This document shows, one piece after another, positions 40,445-51,949 of a stretch of 64,000 nt of DNA. How positions within the stretch are numbered: position 1 is the first letter of the stretch; each line of letters starts with the position of its first letter. Below the pieces are notes generated by a model. The model did not search any database and had not been told where the DNA came from. It saw only the letters and a program-made list of their open reading frames with translations. The DNA lies in the NCBI GenBank assembly GCA_043228905.1, contig JBHGNT010000010.1:21142001-21206000 (forward strand), in the 5' to 3' direction. The stretch is from Azolla caroliniana. Lineage: Eukaryota; Plantae; Polypodiophyta. The position numbers were made by a program, and so were the translations under genes.

Positions 40445-42660
40445 TGTCACGGATCATAAGCTCAAGAGACAAGCAAGAAGATAACCAAATGGACAAGAAA
40501 GAAGATAGTATTAAAGGAAAGACTCCATAACTGGTGTTGTTCACCTTGAATTCCTTCAAGGTGAACTCCTCTATTTATACTACATGGCATGCATACTTGT
40601 TGCACGCATGTGAATCTACAATAGAGCATGTAGGTATGCATGCATGTGCCAAGTGTAAATACTACAAGGGAGCAACTATGCACATGATGCTAGCAAAATA
40701 ATAAGGACCAATTACATACATAACTAGTACTAGATATCTTGGTTAACTCATAATACTAGATTATAACATGGTCATGTCAAGAGTTCGAATCTTGACATTA
40801 TCCCCCCTCCTACGCCACCTTCCCAAATCGGCCGCTGGTTTGTGGGGATATCGGTGATGAAAATCTTGGACGACCTTTGGGGCATTTTGTAAATTTGCCG
40901 ATGGTTCCCATGTGGCCTCAGACATGGGGTAACCCCTCCATAGGACGAGGTATTGCAAGTGTCGACGGTGCCAACGCGAGTCAAGGATTTGGTCGACCTC
41001 GTATTCCTCCCCTGTCATCAATTGCACAGGTGGTGGTGGTGGGGCTTGATGTCCTGGGAGTTGTGAAGCATAATGGGGTTCGAGGAGGGAGACATGAAAA
41101 ACATCATGAATCCAGAAGTGGGATGGAAGGGCGAGCCGGAAGGTGATGGGATTGATGCACTTCTTGTAATCAAGTTTCGCACATGGACGAGTAGTAGAGA
41201 TGTGTCGACGTAACAACCAGACCATGTCTCCAACGACAAAGTGTGGAGTGGAAGATCGATGGCGATCAACCTGCGTCTTGTATCGTTCACTAGCAAGACT
41301 GATCTCCAAGGATAAATCATGATGTAGTTCTTCCAAAATGCGAGCGCGATCCTCCGCCGAAGGGTTCATGGAAGTGGTAGGAAGGGAAATGTTGAAGCGA
41401 GGATGTAAACCGTAGTTGGCAAAGAAGGGAGTGACGCCAGTCGATGCATGGAGAGAATTATTGTAGGCGAATTCCGACGCCAGTCGATGCATGGAGAGAA
41501 TTATTGTAGGCGAATTCCGCGAGCGAAAGTAAGTTGACCCAATCATCTTGTTGGTAACTAATCGAGCACCGAAGATACTGCTCAAGGACTTGGTTGACAC
41601 GCTCCGTTTGCCCATCAGTTTGGGGGTGATAAGCGGAGGACAACTTGACAGAGATGCCTAAAGTTTGTAGCAGGCGCTGCCAGAAGTGAGAGACAAACTG
41701 GGGTCCGCGATTCGAGATGACATCGTCGGGGAGTCCATGCAAGTGTACCACATTGTTGAGTAGGAGATGCACCATTCCTTCTCCGGAAATGGTTTTGGAG
41801 CATGGAGTGAAGTGAGCCATCTTCGTAAACCGATCGACAACGACCAACACCGAGTCATAGCTATTGACCAAGGGTAGATCAGTTATCAGGTCCATAGAGA
41901 TAGAGGCCCAAGGACGACGAGCACATGGAAGTGGTTGTAGTAAGCCGTATGGCCGATGATGAATGGCTTTGCATGCACAAGCCATTAGCCCGCCGAAATT
42001 GTCGTTCAGCATCAGTCAATGGCCGAAATCGGGCTTGATCAATTTCCATGGGGACAGGAGCATCTGCCGAAGTAGGCGGGTGAGTGTGAGGATGCTTGGG
42101 GTTGTGTGACCAGGGCGTGGCGTGGAAGTGAATGAGGTGGAACCCAAGTCCGGCGCTCTTCTTGGCGAAATTCGAAAAGACGATTGTCACAATGGACTGC
42201 TTGTGAAATCGCTTGGGATAACGAGGTGGGCTCCGGAAAGTTTAAGAGAAGATTCTTGACATTGCTTCGAAGACCGCGCCGAAAGTGATCAGCTAAAGCT
42301 TGATCATCCCAATTGACGTCGCATGCTAGTTGTCGAAATTCGGAAGCATAGACCGAAGCTGCACGTGAACCTTGTTCGAGTGCATAAATCTTGTTAAGAG
42401 TTGTACGTCGTCGGTCCGTCTCTCCAAATGTGGCCTCTAACTCGGCGAGGAAGGCGGGAAAGTCCTCCAATAAAGGTGATGAGGTTTCTACCAATGGTGC
42501 AAACCAAGCTTGGGCTGGACCGGAGAGAAGGGTGCCCACAAGGCCGACTTGTCGAAGACCATCTCCATAACGTTGAGGTTGTAGCCGAATGATAAGTCGA
42601 ACTTGGTTGATGAACCCTCGGAAACGCGACCTCGTTCCATCAAATTTTTCTGGGAGGCTA
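40445..42660 (-). mobile_element. Internally deleted Tcn1-like chromovirus (gag joined to INT-chromodomain; 3' LTR 40445-40797; 5' end lost)
   Basis: Gag 42039..42539, integrase SMDLITDLP/DGQTERVNQ, chromodomain EYEVDQILDSR..YLVLWRGY..ATWEP. PPT GGAGGGGGGATAA. Confidence 0.9.
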
Positions 42661-44017
42661 ACCTCTACGGGGGACCGACCCCTGTGACCTTTCCTGCCCG
42701 TTTGTCTCGTACCTCTACGGGGGACCGACCCCTGTGACCTTTCCTGCCCGTTTGTCTTCCACGAGAACCTCGTAGTTCTGGCAAGCGGCTTCTACAAAGC
42801 CCGTCTTCTCTTCGACAGGATCGTCCCAACTGGTGACCTCCTGGACCCGTTGTTCCGTGCGGTCCGCCTCTTCCTTCTTCAGCCGAACTACGGAGAGGCC
42901 TTCTAGCACTAGCGGCCAGAATCCGGAGTCCTTCGCCTTCCGGGTCTCATCACCCCCGACCCGAATTCCCGCCGACACTGAGTAGTTAACAACTTCGACG
43001 TGCCGTGCCGCGACCTCTTCATTCCGCGTGCACCCGCCCATTCCAGAGGTACACCACGTTGGTCCTGAGCGCGTCGGCAAAATCTGCGCAATCCTTCCGA
43101 ATGTGACCGATTGCGTCACACCACATGCACCGCTGCCCAGCCGGCAGCCTCCGGTCGCGAGGTTGTTCGCCGCTGTCTCTCTGGGCCTGTGCGATCTGCA
43201 GGTTGCGCACCATCTGTGTCAGCTCCTCCAGAGCCGCTCTTTCGGATGGGCCTCTGACCACGTCCTTCGTTGCCGACCCCGACTCTGGCCAGATTCGAGT
43301 CTCATCCTTCCTACCGGCCATCACCGATACTGGCTCCTCGAGCCTCCTCCCCGGGACCGGCCCCGACCCCGACGAGCTTCCGTCGCTCCAATCGCGCCGT
43401 TTGTCGAATCGGCTACAAACCCGTTTTACCACAGCCTAGTCTACCGTGAGCCGTTCGTCCATTTCCAATAGGGGACCCACCTTTTCTCTGTCGAGCGCGT
43501 CCACCGACTTGACAAACAGTAGTACTCGACTTGCTTCGAGCACCGTCCGGTCTAGCGTCGACAACTGCACGAACCGTTTTTCAAACTCCTAGAGGAGCAC
43601 CGTCGTGTTCCTCCCCTTTCCGGGGCTTTCCACCCACGTCATGGAGTCCCGCCTTGACAGCCGAAGCGAGTCGTCAAACGCGTACTTCTCGAGGAGCTGC
43701 AGCTCGAACTCCTCCCAAGTCTGGCATCCGGCCAGCACCTCGAGCACCTTCGTGTGGATGCTCGGCGTCACCACCCGAGGGAATCCGAACAACCGCCTGT
43801 CCACCAGGATATCCCTCATGATCATTTTGGCCCGGTAAGCCTCCAAATAACTTGTGGCGTCTTTCCCTCCGAACCGGCCTATAGTGCCAACAATCGATTC
43901 AATGGCTCTGTCGAGGGTACCCGTCCCCTCACTAGCGCTTACCAGCCAGTCGACGGCTACCGCCATTGGCTCTGCTAGCTCTGATCCCCTCATCTTTCGA
44001 CTCCTTTGCCACCTCAT
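42661..44017 (-). pseudogene. Gag of element B, with several stops
   Basis: GRFGGKDATSYLEAY and the zinc knuckle CMWCDAIGHIRKDC. Confidence 0.88.
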
Positions 44018-44523
44018 TCACGTCGGGTTCACCAAAGATGTTTCGTTGTTACGCGCGTGCGTGGAGAAGAGGGCAGGACCACGGGGGTTTTGAACCGAGG
44101 AGCGAGAGAGAGAGAGAGAGAGAGATTGAGAGATCTGTGTTGTGTGGGAGAAGGGCAAACACTAATTTTGATGTATCTTCTTGCTACGGTCTCCGTTTGC
44201 TTTGTTCTTTAGCTTGTTTCGAAGCCTGCACATAGAGCTTTCTAAAGAGTATCTGCAGGTATCATTTGGAAGTCTTGGTAGAACGTTACGAGTAAAAAAC
44301 CCATTCGACTGCATGCATCTCATGATCGCTTGCTTTGATTCCTTCTCCAACACAATTACTTGTAAGTGAACTCTCTCCTATTTCTTGTCATATCGATGGT
44401 AGTGTTTTCATGAATATGGATGAGTCTCCAAATTCTTCAAAGGATGCGTGTATGGTTGAGTCAGTATCAAGCCCAAGGGGGGATGGTAAAAGAAAATGAT
44501 GTATTGGAGATAATAGTAATGAC

Positions 44524-45718
44524 ATGTCTTATGCTGAGGCAATGCGACAAGATGATATTGAGAAAGATGATAGTCATTGGGAACATTTAAGATGCATGGC
44601 AAATATATTAATGGAAGATTGTATAAGGGAGAATGTGAAAGTTGTTGAGGACTTTGTTGACGATGAAGTGGCTAAGGTAGAAATAGACAATAAGGAGTTT
44701 TTGGGCTCATTTGCTAATTTTTGTGATAAAGGGGTCATATTGTTTTTCACGGGAAAGATACCTTTCCTTTGGAGGGTCAAACAATGGTTACGTGGGATTA
44801 TACAAGTTGATTGTGTTCAGGATGTTTATGCTGGTCCTCGTGGATTTTATGAGGTTGTTTTGGTATCACAAGAGTATAAAGAGAAATTACTCAATAAATT
44901 GCTAGTTTTTTATGAGAAAAGTTTGGTTCATATTGTTTCGTGGAGACCATTAGTGGAATATCAAGATATATTAAAGCAAGAGTGTCCCATATGGGTTGAG
45001 GTAGAGTGCACATATTCAGTGGTTTGGCCAATATTACGGTCAACGATGGAAAAGTTGGGAAAGATCTTGGTGCCTCCTAGTGCTAATGCTCAAAATCGAT
45101 ATCGGATGTGTATTCTTTGGAATACTGCTATAAAGAGGCCAAGTTGTTTACAGATTGCATGTTCTAGTATGCCACCTATGTATTTTCGGCTTAAATGGGG
45201 TACATTTGCAGGACATTGTTTCCATTGTGGTGTGTTGGGGCATTTTATGGCTGAATGTAGTGGAAGTGGTACATGAAGAGCCTACAACTCATGATCAGAT
45301 TCAAGATTTGACAATTTTAGAGCAAACAAAGGAACCACAAATTGTGAATGAGAAGGATGGAAAGACTCTAGAGGATGAAAGACAATGGTCAATAGTTTCT
45401 GGAAAGATGAAGAAGTCTAATAAAAATGTTGGGCATAATGTATCTATGGAGAAGGTCACACCGACACATCCCATGCGGAATAAACCATGGGCTCGTCAAG
45501 AGGACTATCCAAAGAAATTATCTTTTGATAATAAAGGTAATTTGTATGTTCCTTGGAATAAACGGAAATCGGTGCCTTGTTCACATGAGGAGCCATCGAG
45601 GTCTGGAGTTTTGCATTCCCATAGTAATTCATATGCAATCTTAGGGGATTTATTTGGATATGGCAGAAACATTAGTAGTGAAGGAGAAGGAGATTTCTCG
45701 AATAAAAGGAAAAAATAA
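44524..45718 (+). pseudogene. L1 ORF1 (DUF4283-like plus zinc knuckle), frameshifted near 45260
   Basis: CPIWVEV and CFHCGVLGHFMAEC, continuing in ORF 45155..45718. Confidence 0.82.
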
Positions 45719-46752
45719 AGTATGAAGATCACCACATGGAATGTGAGGGGATTGTGTTCTAGATTTAGAATGCATGAGGTTTGAAGGATTGTGTTAAGTG
45801 AGCAATGGGATGTTTTATGTGGAATAGAGCATAAAGATCATCGGAATGCTGGTTTAATTAGTTATTCTAAGGGTTATACATTATGTTATGCTGGCAAGGT
45901 TCATGGGGATTATTCTAGGATTGTCATGTTTATAAGAGATAAATTTCACCCAAAAGTAATTGTTTCAGATGAATTTGGAAGATTTATTGTGGTAGAGATA
46001 TGTTATGAAGGGCAAGCTATTTGGTTAGTTGGTGTGTATGCATCAAATGTTTCACAAGAACGAAAGTTGTTATGGAGATCTCTAAACTCAGTGCTTCATA
46101 ATGGTAGACCGGGTTTATTGATGGGAGATTTTAATGTTTGTTGTGAGACAGATCAATCAACATCTATCCACTCTATTATGGATGGACCAGAGGCTCAAGA
46201 CTGGGGAGATTTTGAGACTGAAGTCATGTTAAGGGATGTATGGAAATGGATCAAGGGAGATGAACTTGGTTATACCTTTCAATCAGCTCAATATAAGGAT
46301 ACTGTCAGGAATAGTACTAAAACAGAGATGGAATTAGTACTAAGAATAGCAGTACTATTAGTACTAAGAGGACGGGACTGCGTAAGATTCCCGAGAGAGG
46401 AAGTGAGAAGAAGAGAGAGAGAGAGATAGCGAGAATGAGAGAGAGAGAGAGATGATGACAGCGGTTATATATTATGTGAAAAGATAAGTACAAGCGGCTA
46501 AGAGGCTTAAGACTGGCGTTGAACCAATTTGGTTCAAAACAATGCCTTGTGCCTCCTTTTATAGTGTTTTTAGGAATAATCCTGAAGCTTCTAGAATGTT
46601 CCAGAGAGATCTGGAATATACATCAATTTTCTATGATAAAGTATAAATGAAAATAATATCCTACAAAATACAATTCATAATCTAATGGTAAGAGCTCGAC
46701 CCATGTAGCATAAAGTCATGGGTTCGAGTCTTGCCATGACACTATCTCCCCC

Positions 46753-49700
46753 TTAAAGACGACGAGTGGAACGAGTCGGCGCTAATTGCGGACCGGGTTT
46801 GTCCGGATACTTTCGGTGGAAATCAGCAAGAAGATCTTGTGCATTGGCAACATTCTCGACGGGTTCCCAAGTACGTTCGCTCGGACTATAACCGAGCCAA
46901 TCGACCAAGTAATAAAGTTTGTTGCGAACAAGTTTGGAATCGAGGATGGCAGCAACTTCATACTCCGGGCCGACGTCCAACTCCAGCGGGGGCGGCGGTG
47001 GTGTCACACGATCGGGAATGGTGTTTGCTTTATAAGGTTCAAGAAGAGAACAATGGAAAACCGGATGTATCTGAAGCTGCGGAGGGAGATCCAGGCGGAA
47101 GGTGACATCATTAATCTTCCCCGTAATACGGAAAGGACCGAGTCGTCGATAATCCAACTTGTCGCACGGTCGAGTAGTCTTGATGTGACGACGTAAGAGC
47201 CATACTCGATCTTCGATGGCAAAAGAGGAGGGAATCCGATGACGATCCGCATAAGTCTTCTATGTGTGTTGAGCATGACGAAGGTGAGTAGAGAGATCCA
47301 TCTGGATCTTGCGTAGCCTCTCCAAATGGTCCTCGGCACGAGGGTTGGTAGGTAGCTCCGGAGTGTCGATCACCGACCAGCGAGGATGGAAACCGGTATA
47401 AGCGAGAAATGGGGAGACCCGAGTCGAGGAGTGAATAGCATTATTATACGCAAACTCCGCAAAGTGGAGAATCTCAGCCCAATCGTCCTGTTGATAACTC
47501 AGGAAACACCGGAGATATTGCTCCAACGTTTGGTTTGTTCGTTCCGCCTGTCCGTCAGTTTGAGGATGGTAGCCGGAGGAGAGGTTGCAGGAGACCTTGA
47601 GCATCCTGAAGAGATGCTGCCAAAATTTGGAGACAAATTGCGGGCCTCGGTCACTGATAATACTGTCTGGTAGGCCATGATGCCGAAATACCTCACGCAT
47701 AACAAGAGCGGCGGTTTCCTCGCTAGTGATGGCTTTAGTACATGGCACAAAATGTGCCATCTTCGTATATCGATCGACGACGGTTAGGATAGCATCGAAC
47801 CCCTTCGAGACCGGCATATCTGTGATAAAATCAAGACAAATAGACTGCCATGGCTTACTTGGAATTGGTAAAGGTTCCAACAAGCCATATGGATGGTGTC
47901 GTGGCATCTTTGCTCGGCAACAAGCATCACAGGTCCGAACGTAGTCGTCGACAAAACGGCGCATGTGGGGCCACCAAAAAGATCGCTGCACTAACTCCAA
48001 TGTCTTGGTACTACCGAAATGTCCCGCTGTATGGGTGTCGTGACAATGTTGGACGATTTGAAGGCGACAGGAGCAATCGGGGACATATACGCGCTTTTTA
48101 AAGAATAACAAACCATCATGATATTCGAATTGTCGGTAGTCAATACCTGGTTGTTGAGACTGAGAACAGGATGCCCGAGAAGTATCAATGTGCGCCAGGA
48201 TGTCTTGAACAAAACTATCCGTCTTCAAGGTTGCACGTCTGTCATCGGTAATCCATGAATCCATCGGGGTGTGAAAAATCCGCGTCGTGTGCAATCGTGT
48301 TGGTCCCAAGATTACTTGCTTTTGATTATCAAATGTTGCGTCACCAGGACGAGGTGCCAGATATGAACGCCGTGATAGTGCATCTGCTTTTCCTTGCTGC
48401 TTCCCCGGTCGATATGTGATTTCGAAGTTGAAACGCGTGAGGAATTGCGCCCACCGAGCTTGCCGTCGATTTAGTACGCGAGCGTTCTGAAAATAAGCAA
48501 GATTTTTATGATCGCTAAAGACAATGACCTGATGTGGAGAGCCCTCTAAGAAATGTCGCCATTGTACAAATGAATCCACGATGGCTAATAACTCCTTGTC
48601 ATGTATTTCATAGTTGATTTCTGCGACATTGAATTTGCGCGAATGGAAAGCCACCGGATGCAACTCTTCTTTATTGCCTTGTTGAGAAAGGATGCTACCG
48701 AGGGCGAAATCTGATGCGTCGGCCTCCATGATGAATGGTTTGCTTGTATCCACATGAGCTAGAATCGGTGCTGATGTAAAGGCTTTCTTAAGATGCCGAA
48801 AAGCCATATCTGCTTCGATGGACCAAAGAAATGCTTGGCCCTTCTTCGTAAGTTGTGTGAGAGGTAAAATAATCTTCGAGTAAGCAAAGCCTAGAAAACA
48901 TTGTACATCTCGTACCGACCGTGGAATTTGCCACTCTAGTACAGTTTGGATTTTAGCTGGATCCATGGCGATGCCCTTTGAGGAGATGACGTAGCCTAGA
49001 AATTCCACTTGCTTGCAGTCAAAGCTACATTTCTCTAGCTTGGCATAAAGACCATTCTCGCCGAGTCGCTTTAGTACTAATAGTACATGAGAATCGTGCT
49101 CTTCCTGGGTCTTCGAATAAATCAACAAATCATCCAGATAAATGATCAAACAGATATCCAAGAGGTCTCTGAATATATCATTTGCCATGTGTTGGAAGAC
49201 TGCGGGTGCATTGGTTAGGCCAAACGGCATAACAGTATACTCGAAATGCCCATACCGCGTGCGAAAAGCGGTCTTCCACTCATCTCCCGGTCGGATCCGC
49301 ACGAGATTATACGCTCCTCGTAGGTCGATTTTAGTAAAAAACTTGGCACCATTAACTCGCTCTAAAAGACTTGATATAAGAGGAAGTGCATACCTATTCC
49401 GGATGGTGACTTTATTCAATCCGCGGTAATCAACGACAAGACGAAGTGAGCCATCTTTCTTCTTGACAAAGAAGATGGGTGCACCGGCCGGAGATTTCGA
49501 ATGACGGATGAACCCGCTTGCCAAGTTCTCCTCTATGTAGGCTCGAAGGACTTCTAACTCGGTGGGTGACAAGTTGTAAATTGGTCCCCATGGTGGCTCG
49601 GTTCCTGGTTGTAAATCGATGGGACAGTCATAGGGACGGTGATGAGGAAGGGTACCGGCTTTTACCTTGTCAAATACATCGGTATAAGGATGATATTTTG

Positions 49701-50307
49701 CCGGAAGTTGTATTAAGGAGTCCTTCTTAATAGTGCTAGAAGGATGTACTGATATGGCAAATAGGAACATTGCCTCCTTGGGTCCTTCTTCGCGTAGTTG
49801 ATGGAGTGAAATGGTCGAAACTCGGTGAGTTGATTCTTGGGGTGGTCGATATCGGACTTCTCTTGTTCTCCAATCTATGGCTGGATTATGTAATTCAAGC
49901 CAAGGTAATCCTAGGACAATGGGATGCTCTGGACTACTAATTATATTAAATGATATTATACACACAAAACTACCTAGGACAACTTGAATGGGTTCTGATT
50001 CTTCTACAATATTCCCGGAAGCAATGGGACGACCATCAATGACCACTACAGATGCGGGACAAGGAAGTTTTCTTAAGGATATCTGAGAAGCTTGGGCAAA
50101 ATTTCGATCCATGAAACAGGAATTAGCTCCGGAATCTAAAAGTGCTAGGACGGGTACTAGGGGAGTACTTTTAGTACTAACAATGACTTGGGCTAGGAAC
50201 ACATTGCTAACTTGCTTGGAAGGAATGGAACCACTAATGGGCTGTACAGATCTAGGGCTGCTGTCCAACCAAATGGCTCCTATTTTGGCTGGACTCAATC
50301 GTTTAAC
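46753..50307 (-). CDS. Chromovirus Pol (PR-RT-RH-INT-chromodomain), in the -1 frame to gag, with a premature TAG at 47260-47262
   Basis: LLDSGA, IYLDD, ADASDF, DGQAERTNQ and EYEVAAILDSK..YLVDWLGY. ORFs 47260..50298 and 46753..47157 share a frame. Confidence 0.93.
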
Positions 50308-51452
50308 TCTTCATCTAATTGACTAAGGATTTCAAATTTATTTGAGATACTTGGGCTATTAGTACTATGAATACTATCTAACACTCTATTAGTACTATTA
50401 ATACTATCAGACACTCCAAAGGGAAGAATTGACTCGGGTTTAGTACAGGCGACGATTTGATTTACCTGTCTTCTTGGCCTATGGGGACAATTGATGGCGA
50501 TATGTCCTGGTCCACCGCAATAAAGACATAATCGATTGGCACGTCGTCGTTGCTTTTCTTCTTCCGATAACGGGCCGCGTCGACGCATGGTATCGATCTC
50601 CATCGGTGTCGAAGTATTTGCTTGAGGTATGTCTCGTGCAAACGGTTTAGCCGCGACTGCGGCATAAGTGGGCTCTGGCCTAGAGCGTGGTATCTGTAAT
50701 TGACGTTCTGAATGCCGTTCAAAAAGGCGGTTGTCACATCGAACTGCTCGACTGATTGCCTCCGTAAGAGACTTTGGTTCTTCGGGGAAAGTTAGAAGTA
50801 GATCTTTGACATCGTTTCGCAAGCCATAGCGAAACTGATCCATTAGTGCTTGATCATCCCAGGGTATATCTGAAGCAAGTAGGCGGAAATCCGCCGCGTA
50901 GGCAGAGGCTGGACGATCGCCTTGACGCAATCGCCGGATCTTGTTGATCGCCGTCCTGATGCTGTCGGTGTCTCCAAAGCAGGCTTTAAACTCACCAATA
51001 AAATCTTCAAAGTTATTAAGTAAGGGTGATTGTTTTTCTAGAAGCGGAGCAAACCATGCCAAGGCTGAGCCGCTAAGTAGCGTGCCTATTAGGCCGACTC
51101 GAGATGCATCAGTGGGATATCGGGAAGGATGCATCTGGATGACTAAGCGTACCTGATTAAGGAATCCCCGGAATTGCGAACGCGTTCCATCAAATTTCAC
51201 AGGAAGTCCAATCTTGGGCTCTTTATGAAATCCTTGGGGACTGGATCCTTGTTGTTGCAACGCTGCTTCGAGTTGTTGTACCCGTAACGCTAACTCCCCA
51301 TGTTGTTGTTGCGTTTGTTGTTTTTCCAGAGCGATTTGTTGCAGATCCCCTATCAGCCGTTGGTTTTCTTGTTCCAGGGCAACAAACTTTTCTTTTAGGC
51401 ACTGTAGCTCGGAGAAAACGGATTGGTATTCTTGGGCGCTAACAGTAGCCAT
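50295..51452 (-). CDS. Chromovirus Gag (385 aa; coiled-coil, retrotrans_gag, CCHC)
   Basis: Intact ORF containing CLYCGGPGHIAINC. Confidence 0.95.
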   Translation of the reverse strand: MATVSAQEYQSVFSELQCLKEKFVALEQENQRLIGDLQQIALEKQQTQQQHGELALRVQQLEAALQQQGSSPQGFHKEPKIGLPVKFDGTRSQFRGFLNQVRLVIQMHPSRYPTDASRVGLIGTLLSGSALAWFAPLLEKQSPLLNNFEDFIGEFKACFGDTDSIRTAINKIRRLRQGDRPASAYAADFRLLASDIPWDDQALMDQFRYGLRNDVKDLLLTFPEEPKSLTEAISRAVRCDNRLFERHSERQLQIPRSRPEPTYAAVAAKPFARDIPQANTSTPMEIDTMRRRGPLSEEEKQRRRANRLCLYCGGPGHIAINCPHRPRRQVNQIVACTKPESILPFGVSDSINSTNRVLDSIHSTNSPSISNKFEILSQLDEELND

Positions 51453-51896
51453 AGTATAGGGAAAAGGGTAGGAGGATGAGGGAGAGTGACAAGTAGGCTA
51501 GAGGAGCAAATTGGTTCAAACTGTCAGGAATAGTACTAAAACAGAGATGGAATTAGTACTAAGAATAGCAGTACTATTAGTACTAAGAGGACGGGACTGC
51601 GTAAGATTCCCGAGAGAGGAAGTGAGAAGAAGAGAGAGAGAGAGATAGCGAGAATGAGAGAGAGAGAGAGATGATGACAGCGGTTATATATTATGTGAAA
51701 AGATAAGTACAAGCGGCTAAGAGGCTTAAGACTGGCGTTGAACCAATTTGGTTCAAAACAATGCCTTGTGCCTCCTTTTATAGTGTTTTTAGGAATAATC
51801 CTGAAGCTTCTATAATGTTCCAGAGAGATCTGGAATATACATCAATTTTCTATGATAAAGTATAAATGAAAATAATATCCTACAAAATACAATTCA

Positions 51897-51949
51897 TAAT
51901 CTAATGGTAAGAGCTCGACCCATGTAGCATAAAGTCATGGGTTCGAGTC
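51897..51949 (+). promoter_or_regulatory. tRNA-like Pol III internal promoter (A-box TAATCTAATGG, B-box GGTTCGAGTC) in the LTR; second copy at 46678-46730
   Basis: Boxes start 43 nt apart, with a tRNA-like AAAGTC-ATGGG-TTCGAGT context. Confidence 0.65.

Noticed and set aside
44016-44034. tRNA-Trp gene fragments ending in CCA (also 5969, 35264, 59427, 63620)
   Set aside because: Only 17-19 nt, each directly next to an LTR end, so these are primer binding sites.
45791-46429. Stand-alone 212-aa endonuclease gene
   Set aside because: It is the L1 ORF2 endonuclease domain reading into the inserted LTR.
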